From positions 1 to 26,741 of IMG/VR virus record IMGVR_UViG_3300043388_000009: DNA of 26,741 bases. One strand, written 5' to 3'. A model generated the notes under the pieces. That model saw only the letters and a program-made list of their open reading frames with translations. It did not search any database and was not told where the DNA came from. Of this stretch, positions 18,629-25,920 are shown in pieces. Position 1 is the first letter of the stretch. Every line of letters starts with the position of its first letter. A program made the position numbers and the translations under genes. The stretch comes from a virus. Lineage: Duplodnaviria > Caudoviricetes.

Positions 18629-18650
18629 ATGGTAACACAGCATGTGATAC
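18629..18650 (-). promoter_or_regulatory. Extended -10 promoter overlapped by the inverted repeat GTAACACA-GCA-TGTGATAC (putative operator of the recA/cas4 operon)
   Basis: Minus strand TGTG-T-TACCAT at 18639-18629; the palindrome spans 18632-18650. Confidence 0.55.
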
Positions 18651-18660
18651 TGCGCACCCA

Positions 18661-20841
18661 TCACTTACCCTTTGCTTCCGCCCAACTGTGACCCGACGAT
18701 GCCGAGACGAGGAGAGGTATGTCTCCGAGGATGGGTGTCCCATTGAATGGCTCACATACCCCACTCATCACCCGCTCAACCAGCGGCTTGACCTCTTCGG
18801 CAGCGTCCTCGTCCACTCGGACCACGATCTCGTCGTGCACCTGAGCCAACATGTTGGCGGGGTATGGCCGTAGCTCTTCGAGCAGGTCCCGCATCGCCAG
18901 CTTGGTGATGGAGGAGGCGAACCCTTGAATCCTGGCGTTGACCGCCTGACGCTCGGCTCGGCGCACGAGTCCGTACTTGTCATGGTAGAGCAGGGGAAGG
19001 CGGCGCTTGCGTCCGAACGGGGGTATCAGGACGTAGGGAGGGTGAACGCCTGGCGCACGCTTGTCGCCGGAGTACCTCGCCTCCTTCAACAGCTTGCGCT
19101 TCCACGGTTCCAGCGCTCTGAACTCGTCGTAGTAGCGGTCGAGGAACTGCTGGCCTCGACGCACGCTCACGCCAGCCACGAAGGCGATGCGCTCGGGTCC
19201 TGCACCGTAGCCAGTGGCGAAGTTGAGAGTCTTGCCGACCTGGCGCATGTCGGAGGTGACCTGTTCCAGAAGGATCTGCATCGCCACCGCCGTCGCCTCG
19301 GCGTGAATGTCACGGTGCTGGCGGAAGATCTCGATCATCGCTGGCTCCTGGGCCTCGTAGGCCAAGCAACGCAACTCGATCTGGTCATAGTCGGCCACGA
19401 TCAGTACCGAGCCGGGCGGGGCCACGAACAGCTTGCGGATGGTGGAGCCTCGGGGTAGCTGCTGGAGGTTGGGCTGCTCGGCCGACAGGCGCCCCGTCTT
19501 CGTACCGTGCTGCTTGAAGCTGGAGTGCACCGTGGGCAGCGGGCCGAGGCCGGTGACCATGCGGCTGTAGATGCCAGAGGAGGCCACCGGCTCTACCTGG
19601 TCCACCCACACCCAGTCGTCGTTCTCGTCCTTGACCTTGACCCTCTTCGTGATCTCATGGTCAGGCATCCCGATGAAGGTGCCCCGCAACTTCTCCAGGC
19701 TGGACCACTCCAGCAGAACCACCGCCATCGGGTTGCCCTTCTCGACGTAGACCTCCAGCACCTCTTGTGTTACCTGGGCGACACCGGTCTTCTCGGTGCG
19801 GCTGATCGGCTCCAGGTTCTGAGGCTTGAGTGGCTTGCGTTGAGAGAGGCTGAACATCGGCCGCCCCTCACGCTCGCCGGTCTTCTTGTTCAAGACCCAG
19901 CCGTTCTCACCGAACAGCACCCAGCGCTTGGCTTCGGGCTGGCTGAGGTTGAAGCGACCATCGGCCAGCTTCCACGCCTGCTGCTCGGCCACATGGATGT
20001 CTCGCTCCAGGTCGGCACGCACGCTGTCGATCTGGGTCAGGTCCACCGGGAACCCGGCGTACTCCATGGCCATGATCGAGGGGTACACCGACATCTCGAA
20101 GTCGTAGGTGTCGAGCACGCCGTCCTGCCGGAGCTTGGAGAACAGCTTGCGAAAGCGGAGCCAGCAGTATCTCACGTCCTTAGCCAGGTATCGGGCGACC
20201 TGATCGAGGCCGAACTTCTCGATGCCTGCCTTGCCCATGTTGGGGTACCACGCTGGCCGCTGCTTGTACGGGATCTCGAACCAGTCGCCGGTCAAGTCTT
20301 TGATGCCGTAGCTCTGGAGATCCTCGTCCAGGCAGTGGGTGAGGATGAGCGTGTCGTGGTACGGACCGGGCGGTATCTCATCGTCGTAGTACTTGGCCAT
20401 CGACATCAGGTCGAACTTGAGGTTGTGCCCGATCTTGGCCTGGCCTCCGTAGAGCAGCGGCCGGATGATCTCGCACGCCTGGTCGGGGTACATCTGTCTT
20501 GGCGGCGGTGCATACACGGCCGGTTCGATGTACTCCGTCATCCGGTGCGACGGCTTGCCCAGCTTGGTCTGGCCTCGGGGGTCAGGGTGCGGCCAGCGTT
20601 GGCAGGCCTCCTTCTGCACCTTGCGCTCTGGCGTAATGGTCACACCGTGAGGGTGGCCGATGGGGATGAGGAACGGTGTGCCGCTCGCCCCGAGTCCGAT
20701 CCAGGTGACGGCATTCTCCCTGACCCGGAGCGATGTGGTCTCCACGTCGATGACGAACTCAGGCTGTCGCTCCAAGTGAGCGACAGCCTCCTTCAACTCC
20801 TTGGGATCGAGGATGACGTGAGGCGAGCGGTGCACGCTCAC
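18661..20841 (-). CDS. polA: DNA polymerase family A (3'-5' exonuclease + polymerase)
   Basis: ExoI VIDVETT, ExoII GHNLKFD, ExoIII YLAKD; TGRLSAEQPNLQQLP; motif A ADYDQIELR; motif B RQVGKTLNFATGYG; motif C QVHDEI. Confidence 0.97.
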   Translation of the reverse strand: MSVHRSPHVILDPKELKEAVAHLERQPEFVIDVETTSLRVRENAVTWIGLGASGTPFLIPIGHPHGVTITPERKVQKEACQRWPHPDPRGQTKLGKPSHRMTEYIEPAVYAPPPRQMYPDQACEIIRPLLYGGQAKIGHNLKFDLMSMAKYYDDEIPPGPYHDTLILTHCLDEDLQSYGIKDLTGDWFEIPYKQRPAWYPNMGKAGIEKFGLDQVARYLAKDVRYCWLRFRKLFSKLRQDGVLDTYDFEMSVYPSIMAMEYAGFPVDLTQIDSVRADLERDIHVAEQQAWKLADGRFNLSQPEAKRWVLFGENGWVLNKKTGEREGRPMFSLSQRKPLKPQNLEPISRTEKTGVAQVTQEVLEVYVEKGNPMAVVLLEWSSLEKLRGTFIGMPDHEITKRVKVKDENDDWVWVDQVEPVASSGIYSRMVTGLGPLPTVHSSFKQHGTKTGRLSAEQPNLQQLPRGSTIRKLFVAPPGSVLIVADYDQIELRCLAYEAQEPAMIEIFRQHRDIHAEATAVAMQILLEQVTSDMRQVGKTLNFATGYGAGPERIAFVAGVSVRRGQQFLDRYYDEFRALEPWKRKLLKEARYSGDKRAPGVHPPYVLIPPFGRKRRLPLLYHDKYGLVRRAERQAVNARIQGFASSITKLAMRDLLEELRPYPANMLAQVHDEIVVRVDEDAAEEVKPLVERVMSGVCEPFNGTPILGDIPLLVSASSGHSWAEAKGK

Positions 20842-20844
20842 GTT

Positions 20845-21657
20845 CTAGTCGTCGTACTCGGCGGCCAGTTCCTCGGCCAACTCCCGGATGTCCTTCGGCA
20901 GCGGGATCTCCACGATCTCCGGGGTGTACTTGGTCAGGGCATCCAACTCGTACTGCTCGGGCGGCTCGATGTCGTAGTCGTCACGCAGCGCCGTGCGGCT
21001 GACCGAGGACACGTTGTGCTGCACCGTGCCCTTCTTGCCGGTCTTGCTGACCAGGAAGTAACCCCTGGAGAGCGGCCCGATCTTGGGGTCGTTGGCGTAC
21101 CCCTTCAACACGTTGTAGAGCCGAGGACCAACGTCCCAGGACTTGATCAGGACCTGGCCGTCGTCACCGATGAGGGCCACGTTGAAGGCCGCCACCGCCT
21201 GGGCACGGTCACCGATCTCGCAGAGCGGGCAGTTCTTGCCCACGGTCTGGAGGCAGGTGTAGGCCCTCGTCGTCTTGCCGTCCTTGGTGGTGCGGTCCAC
21301 CCAGTGGCGCCGGAAGTTGGCGTAGCTGGTGTCTTCCAGGAACTTGATGACGACAGCCTTCTCTTCCAGCTTCAACGACTGGGCGAAGCTGGACGTGGAG
21401 TCCATCTGCCGCTGGGCATCGGTCCAGCCGCCACGGATCTGGTCGGCACCGGAGGACGGAGCCTTGGCTCCCGTCTTCTTCGGGGTGGGAGGCTCATCAC
21501 CGTCGTCGTCTTCGGCGGGGGCGGCATCACGCAGACGCTGGCGGGCCTTCTTCACACCGGGGTCATCCTCGACGCTGCGACGGGCGGGCACCTCCCCATC
21601 GTCATCGGAGTCATCCCGAGGGATGCGTCGGACAGGGCGCTTCGATGGAGCGGCCAT
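20845..21657 (-). CDS. Single-stranded DNA-binding protein (gp32-like)
   Basis: IKFLED...FRRHWV...YTCL....NCPLC; acidic C-terminus; directly upstream of polA. Confidence 0.75.
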   Translation of the reverse strand: MAAPSKRPVRRIPRDDSDDDGEVPARRSVEDDPGVKKARQRLRDAAPAEDDDGDEPPTPKKTGAKAPSSGADQIRGGWTDAQRQMDSTSSFAQSLKLEEKAVVIKFLEDTSYANFRRHWVDRTTKDGKTTRAYTCLQTVGKNCPLCEIGDRAQAVAAFNVALIGDDGQVLIKSWDVGPRLYNVLKGYANDPKIGPLSRGYFLVSKTGKKGTVQHNVSSVSRTALRDDYDIEPPEQYELDALTKYTPEIVEIPLPKDIRELAEELAAEYDD

Positions 21658-21690
21658 TATGTTACCTCGCAGTGTGCAGTGTGCAGTGTG

Positions 21691-22167
21691 TTACTGAGTT
21701 GTGAGACCTGCAAACAGTAAGCCGACCTCACGTGCAAAGGCTGGCGTCGGGGGGTGCTTCTCACCGTGACGGTCAGGGAAGATCACCCGATGCTCCTTGG
21801 CGATGCGGACGATACCTTCCACCTGCTCACGTGTCCAGAGACGCTTGCCCTTGTTGGAGCGCCCCCCTGCGACGGGGGCCTTGGTCCGTGGCGATCGATA
21901 GGGAGTGCGTGCAAGCAGGCCCTGCGCCTCCCAGGCACGTATCGACTGCACGCTGTAGTCGAGGGCCTTGGCCAGGTGAGAGATGGTGAAGAACTCCCGC
22001 TTCTCACCGTCCACCAGGTAATACGCAGGTTTGGCGTCCCAATCGTTGGTATCAGACGCTTCCTGTCCCTTGGTCTTGGAAGTTCCGTCCCGGTTCACCG
22101 GCTTCTTGCGGCCGGGGTAGTCCAGGTCGGAGAACCCAGCGAGGGGGTCACCAAGATCAGCCGCCAT
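21691..22167 (-). CDS. MerR-like helix-turn-helix DNA-binding protein
   Basis: FTISHLAKALDYSVQSIRAWEAQGLL...KRLWTREQV. Confidence 0.8.
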   Translation of the reverse strand: MAADLGDPLAGFSDLDYPGRKKPVNRDGTSKTKGQEASDTNDWDAKPAYYLVDGEKREFFTISHLAKALDYSVQSIRAWEAQGLLARTPYRSPRTKAPVAGGRSNKGKRLWTREQVEGIVRIAKEHRVIFPDRHGEKHPPTPAFAREVGLLFAGLTTQ

Positions 22168-22651
22168 TGATCACACTCTCCAGGAACTCGGCGGTGTGGC
22201 GATGCCACTCCAGCAGGGCACCCACCTTGTCATGAGGGATGCTGCTCGGCCAAAGGGACAGGGCCGCTGCACGAGTGATCTCTTCGGCAGTGAGCACCGA
22301 ACGTGTGATACGGGGCTTTGGTGAGGCCGTCGCAACTTCCATCCGGTTCTTGCTGCCCGGTGGGCGACCACGCCTGCCAGTCCGCTGGTACTGGTTGTGC
22401 ACCACCCGCATGTGCTTGTTGACGCTGGACGGGCTGAGGCTCCTGTCGCACAGAGTGCACTTGATTCGCTGAGCGCTGGCGCCGTAGTCGAGACCGTGGG
22501 TGGCCTTGAGATGCCGAGCCATGCCGGGGCCAGGGAAGTAGCGCTCGCCGCACTCCGAGCAAGGGGCCTTGCCGTCGTTCGGCTCATCCTCGCCCGGTGG
22601 TAAGTCACTCAACGGGAGGGTGTCGGTGACGATGGTCTCATTCATCGTCAT
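22157..22651 (-). CDS. Protein with two C2H2 zinc fingers and an AT-hook
   Basis: CSEC...HLKATH; CTLC...HMRVVH; RRGRPPGSKN. Confidence 0.75.
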   Translation of the reverse strand: MTMNETIVTDTLPLSDLPPGEDEPNDGKAPCSECGERYFPGPGMARHLKATHGLDYGASAQRIKCTLCDRSLSPSSVNKHMRVVHNQYQRTGRRGRPPGSKNRMEVATASPKPRITRSVLTAEEITRAAALSLWPSSIPHDKVGALLEWHRHTAEFLESVINGG

Positions 22652-23001
22652 CCTGCGACCTTCCTCTTGCCGCCAGGCTTCGCTTCCTTGGCACGGAGGG
22701 ACATCAAGAGGACACGGAAGTCGGAGCGGGTCAGAGCCTGCTCGCCCTTCTTGCGGTCGTAGTTCTCCGGTTTGGTGTAGTGCCGAGCAAGCAGGTCGCC
22801 CCAGGTGTTCACCGTGTCACGGCGCTCCGTACCGCAGCGCTCGCAGCGCAGGGTCAGGGGCGTGCCGAACTGCGGTGTCCAGTTGGAGTCGTAGTCGAAC
22901 CAGGAGTGACCGATGGTGCGACACCTGATGTAGGCACGTCGTTCCCCGAGCCAGAGTCCGGTGTCGAACTCCAGAGCTTCGTGGGATACTTCGAGGCTCA
23001 C
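22648..23001 (-). CDS. Zn-binding hypothetical phage protein
   Basis: CRTIGHSW...LRCERCGTERRD. Confidence 0.7.
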   Translation of the reverse strand: MSLEVSHEALEFDTGLWLGERRAYIRCRTIGHSWFDYDSNWTPQFGTPLTLRCERCGTERRDTVNTWGDLLARHYTKPENYDRKKGEQALTRSDFRVLLMSLRAKEAKPGGKRKVAG

Positions 23002-23228
23002 AGGCCGATGCGCCCTGAGGACGCAAACAGCAGGCGATCCTCGACATGATCCTCGGGCAGGCCGAGAGCACGGAGGATGGCCTTGGCAGTGTCATCGGAA
23101 TCGACGTAGGCCGTATGGCCAAGCTCGATCCAGTCCACCGCCTGTGACACCTCATCAGCCGTGAACATCATCGGCCAGTCGTCATCCATCACCACCGCCA
23201 GAGACGGGGTGATCCACTTGAACTGCAT
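22998..23228 (-). CDS. Hypothetical protein
   Basis: 76 aa; SD GAGGA; GTGA coupling downstream. Confidence 0.65.
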   Translation of the reverse strand: MQFKWITPSLAVVMDDDWPMMFTADEVSQAVDWIELGHTAYVDSDDTAKAILRALGLPEDHVEDRLLFASSGRIGL

Positions 23229-23234
23229 GTTGTG

Positions 23235-23711
23235 TTATTCCTCGATGTGGATTGCACGAAGCTGTCTCCCGTTGAGGAGGTCAGCGGTTGCTCGGTGATG
23301 CCCAGAGATGATCTGATTCCGGCCCTGGGTATCGGTGTACACCACGGGGAAACGGTTCCCCGGTTGGTCCATGTTCCTAAACGTCTGGCCTGTCTTGCGA
23401 TAGGTGTCGCCCATGTAGTAGCTGGTCCCCTCCTGCGTCACCCATGGCTGGGAGGCGTGGAGGTTGCGTGGGTCCAGGTCTCGCATGTGCTCGGAGGGGT
23501 TGCGTAATGCAGCGTCCACCCGACCCTGGTCGTACCCACGTGGGTTGTCCTTGGTCCTACCGGCTGACGGCCACGGAGCCATGGTCTTCGGCGCACCCTT
23601 GAACAGAGCGTGCGTATCTCCGGCGCCGTACAGACGGTGTGCAAGCTCCCAACGAGATCCCTGAACCTCATCATCCGACTTGGGATAGGGAGAGCGCTGT
23701 GGACCTTGCAC
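23235..23711 (-). CDS. ParB/Sulfiredoxin-like domain protein
   Basis: LHASQPWV...PVVY......IISGHHRATA; GTG start 6 nt after a TACACT box. Confidence 0.75.
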   Translation of the reverse strand: MQGPQRSPYPKSDDEVQGSRWELAHRLYGAGDTHALFKGAPKTMAPWPSAGRTKDNPRGYDQGRVDAALRNPSEHMRDLDPRNLHASQPWVTQEGTSYYMGDTYRKTGQTFRNMDQPGNRFPVVYTDTQGRNQIISGHHRATADLLNGRQLRAIHIEE

Positions 23712-23741
23712 ACCGCCAGTGTAGTTGCTAGCAGGAGGGAA

Positions 23742-24440
23742 TCAAGTAGTGGACTGCGCCTTGATCTTGCCGGTCTGCGGGTCGATCTCGTTGCCGTCGT
23801 TGTCGTAGACCTTGCCCATGGCATTGACGTGCATGCCCCGCATGCCGCCCATGGTCTGAGCGGCACCGCTGCGGTAGGCCGTGGTGTTGGCCGAGAGCAC
23901 CGAGTAGGTGCTGTCGTGAGTGGCGGCGTTGTTGGCGACGGTCGAGACCGTGTTCTGGATGCCGAGAGCGTCGCCCTGCTTGAAGGTGTCGAGGCCCATG
24001 CCGAGGAAGATGAACTGCCAGGCGTAGGTGTCGGTCTGCTCCTTGATCAAGTCCCGCACACCCTCCCAGGTGAACTCCCGGCTGGCGTTCTCCAAGCCGT
24101 CCGTCTGGATGACGAAGATCACCTTGGCGGGACGATCGGCCTCGGGCATGGCGTCGAGGCGCTTGCCGGTCTGGATGATGGTCCAGCCGATGGCGTCGAG
24201 CAGCGGCGTCATCCCCCTGGGGTCGAGCATGTACTCGGAGGCGTCCTGGATGGCGCCGTCGTAGACCACCCGGTGCGGCGCCTCGGTGTCGAAGTCGATG
24301 AAGAACAAGGTGCACTCGCCGGGCTGGTTCTTCTGGTCCACGATGAAGTGGTTGATGGCGTTCTCGGCTTCCTTGGCGACGGAAGCCATGGACCCCGAGC
24401 GGTCCATGACGATGCTGATGTGGGTGAGTGTGTCCTTCAT
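23742..24440 (-). CDS. von Willebrand factor A (vWA) domain protein
   Basis: MIDAS DRSGSM, GMTPLLDAIG, IQTDGLENAS, WQFIFLG; SD AGGAG. Confidence 0.9.
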   Translation of the reverse strand: MKDTLTHISIVMDRSGSMASVAKEAENAINHFIVDQKNQPGECTLFFIDFDTEAPHRVVYDGAIQDASEYMLDPRGMTPLLDAIGWTIIQTGKRLDAMPEADRPAKVIFVIQTDGLENASREFTWEGVRDLIKEQTDTYAWQFIFLGMGLDTFKQGDALGIQNTVSTVANNAATHDSTYSVLSANTTAYRSGAAQTMGGMRGMHVNAMGKVYDNDGNEIDPQTGKIKAQSTT

Positions 24441-24474
24441 GGTTCTCCTGTGATGTCTTCCTGATAGTGAGATA

Positions 24475-24684
24475 TCAGAGCTTCTGCTTCTCCCAGCGGT
24501 CGAGGTGATCCTCGACGGCTCGCTCGATGAGCAGACTGGCCGAGACGGCTCGACGGCGGGCTTCGGCGTAGATGCGCTCCCGAAGCTGGGTGCGCAGGCG
24601 GAACTGGATCTGGGCGTAGTCGGCCTTGATGCCTCCCGGTGAGTCGCTGCTGCGGTAGCTGGACTGGTGGTTGGCGGCCCTCAC
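24475..24684 (-). CDS. Ribbon-helix-helix-like small DNA-binding protein
   Basis: QIQFRLRTQLRERIYAEARRRAVSASLLIERAVEDHL. Confidence 0.7.
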   Translation of the reverse strand: MRAANHQSSYRSSDSPGGIKADYAQIQFRLRTQLRERIYAEARRRAVSASLLIERAVEDHLDRWEKQKL

Positions 24685-25157
24685 GCTTCACCCTCCACCA
24701 GGTAGAAGGCGAAGGTCTCGGACTCGTCGTAGAGGGCTTTGAGTTCCTCGTCGCTGATCTCGCCAGAGAAGTTGGCGGCGAGCACTGCGTCTTCGTTGAG
24801 CACCACCACGACCTCGGTGCACTGGCTCACCAGATCCCGCTGTTTGAGCAGGGCCAGGGTGCGCTCTTCGTTGAGGGACTGGCTGCCCCGGCGCTTGCGC
24901 TCGATGCCGGTGATCGTCTTGGCCTTGGGCTTACCGTCCTTGTAGGACGTGAAGGGCATCGGCGTCTCCAGGTCCAGTTGCCGGTGCCCACCTTCCAGCA
25001 ACTCCCCGTTGTCGGCCAGCGTCTCCATCAACGTCTTCTTGAGGGCGTCCTCGATGTGGGCTGACTTCTCCCGCATGGACCGGTTGAGCAGGTACTCCTG
25101 CACGGTGGGATCGATATCGACCCTCGTCTTGCGCTTGATGGTTCGCTTGGCGGGCAT
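24681..25157 (-). CDS. Phage protein, possibly Mu Gam-like DNA end-protection
   Basis: Start revised to ATG 25157 (leaderless, after TGCTAGAGT). N-terminal coiled coil then LNEERTLALLK...VLNEDAV. Family assignment is tentative. Confidence 0.55.
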   Translation of the reverse strand: MPAKRTIKRKTRVDIDPTVQEYLLNRSMREKSAHIEDALKKTLMETLADNGELLEGGHRQLDLETPMPFTSYKDGKPKAKTITGIERKRRGSQSLNEERTLALLKQRDLVSQCTEVVVVLNEDAVLAANFSGEISDEELKALYDESETFAFYLVEGEA

Positions 25158-25164
25158 GCAGCAC

Positions 25165-25200
25165 ACTCTAGCACACGTCCCCACATCTGCCTGCTACAGT
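25165..25200. promoter_or_regulatory. Back-to-back divergent extended -10 promoters
   Basis: Minus strand: TGTG-C-TAGAGT (box 25170-25165), 7 nt before ATG 25157. Plus strand: TG-C-TACAGT (box 25195-25200), facing the structured non-coding region. Confidence 0.6.
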
Positions 25201-25439
25201 AGGCCCGCTCGCTCAGCAGTGGTCCTCTGATGCACACTGCCATGGTCGCTGCGAAGCGGGCTAGAACTCACCCAGGCGCAGGGAAAGGTCACTTATCCCC
25301 GCACTAAGGCGAACAGGCCCGGAACCTCTCGGGGGACCGGAACCACTCGACCGAATGACCGGCTGTGGCCAGGCGGTCAGCCTGGGTGGGTTCTCCGAAA
25401 CCCCCTTGTGTTCCTAGCAACGACTCGGTACCTTTGACT

Positions 25440-25504
25440 GAGAGCCGCACGGTTGGGTGGAGGGGCTTCGGCCCCTGCGGGTTCGACTCCCGAGGCTCTT
25501 CTCA
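25440..25504 (+). ncRNA. tRNA-like element lacking an anticodon loop
   Basis: Acceptor GAGAGCC/GGCTCTT; D-like arm CAC-GGTTGG-GTG; AGGGGC-TTCG-GCCCCT in the anticodon position; T-arm CGGG-TTCGACT-CCCG. Confidence 0.65.
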
Positions 25505-25771
25505 GGACGACGACAGAAGGACACCCCCACCACATGGCATTCCACTCGCCATATCTCACAAACAGTTTGCGGTCTGCGGACCGTTGACTTCTCGGCCGGT
25601 CGATCGGGCGATGCCCTGGCGCTAGCCGGGCTACCCCTATCCGACCGACCTACCAAGGCCCCTGGCTGGTGAGTTAGCCTCCCCACCAACGTGGTCGTAG
25701 TGGCATCGCCTACCCAGGGGACCCTCTCAGTGTCCTACACTGGCAGCCGCCTCACAAGGGCGTGTTGAGTC

Positions 25772-25805
25772 CGTAGAAGGCCTCCCTTCGGGGGGGCCTT
25801 CTGCG
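25772..25805 (+). terminator. Strong hairpin, likely terminator (possibly bidirectional)
   Basis: CGTAGAAGGCCTCCC-TTCG-GGGGGGCCTTCTGCG, 15 bp with 2 G-U pairs. Confidence 0.75.
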
Positions 25806-25818
25806 TTACTGTGAGCCG

Positions 25819-25920
25819 ATGCTTGCAGCACTCTTGGCAGACGGTCTCTACATCGGTGGCGGCGTCCTCGTCCTCATCCTCATCATTCTGCTGGTCCTGA
25901 TCCTGCTGCGCCGGGCCTAG
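25819..25920 (+). CDS. 33-aa single-TM membrane peptide
   Basis: MLAALLADGLYIGGGVLVLILIILLVLILLRRA*; ATG 6 nt after TACTGT; GC3-rich codons; its TAG overlaps the helicase TAG. Confidence 0.7.
   Translation: MLAALLADGLYIGGGVLVLILIILLVLILLRRA

Larger units (their letters stand above)
25205..25805 (+). ncRNA. Putative large structured non-coding RNA (or polycistronic small-RNA locus) of unknown family
   Basis: No credible long ORF. Bounded by a promoter and a terminator hairpin. Long helices 25263-25277/25380-25394 (15 bp), 25606-25615/25702-25711 and 25621-25630/25661-25670. G-U pairs and cUUCGg loops indicate the plus strand. Confidence 0.65.

Noticed and set aside
19560-20660. Possible intein or intron in polA (insertions in the exonuclease and thumb regions)
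   Set aside because: The insertions are short and in frame, without Cys/Ser...His-Asn splice motifs or a homing endonuclease.
19507-21720. Long plus-strand ORFs (also 545..1414, 9014..10240, 16957..18096, 23610..24464)
   Set aside because: Antisense shadows of GC3-rich minus-strand genes that have clear motifs; the translations have no recognisable features.
23742-24440. Ro60/TROVE-Y RNA system (vWA gene near a tRNA-like RNA)
   Set aside because: The protein is a stand-alone vWA without a TROVE domain, and the RNA topology does not match YrlA.
24461-24478. CTGATA-N6-TATCAG inverted repeat resembling the one at 14018-14043
   Set aside because: Short, with different spacing, and partly explained by stop codons; too weak to call an operator.
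25440-25504. Canonical tRNA gene
   Set aside because: No 7-nt anticodon loop, only ~62-65 nt long and no encoded CCA; kept as tRNA-like.
25205-25805. tmRNA, RNase P RNA, cobalamin riboswitch or hammerhead/HDV ribozyme as the identity of the RNA locus
   Set aside because: The tRNA-like unit is self-contained rather than formed by the RNA ends, with no G3-U70 or tag peptide. AGGGAA...CCCCGCACT only loosely resembles the B12 core. I could not build complete ribozyme cores by eye. An Rfam search is still needed.
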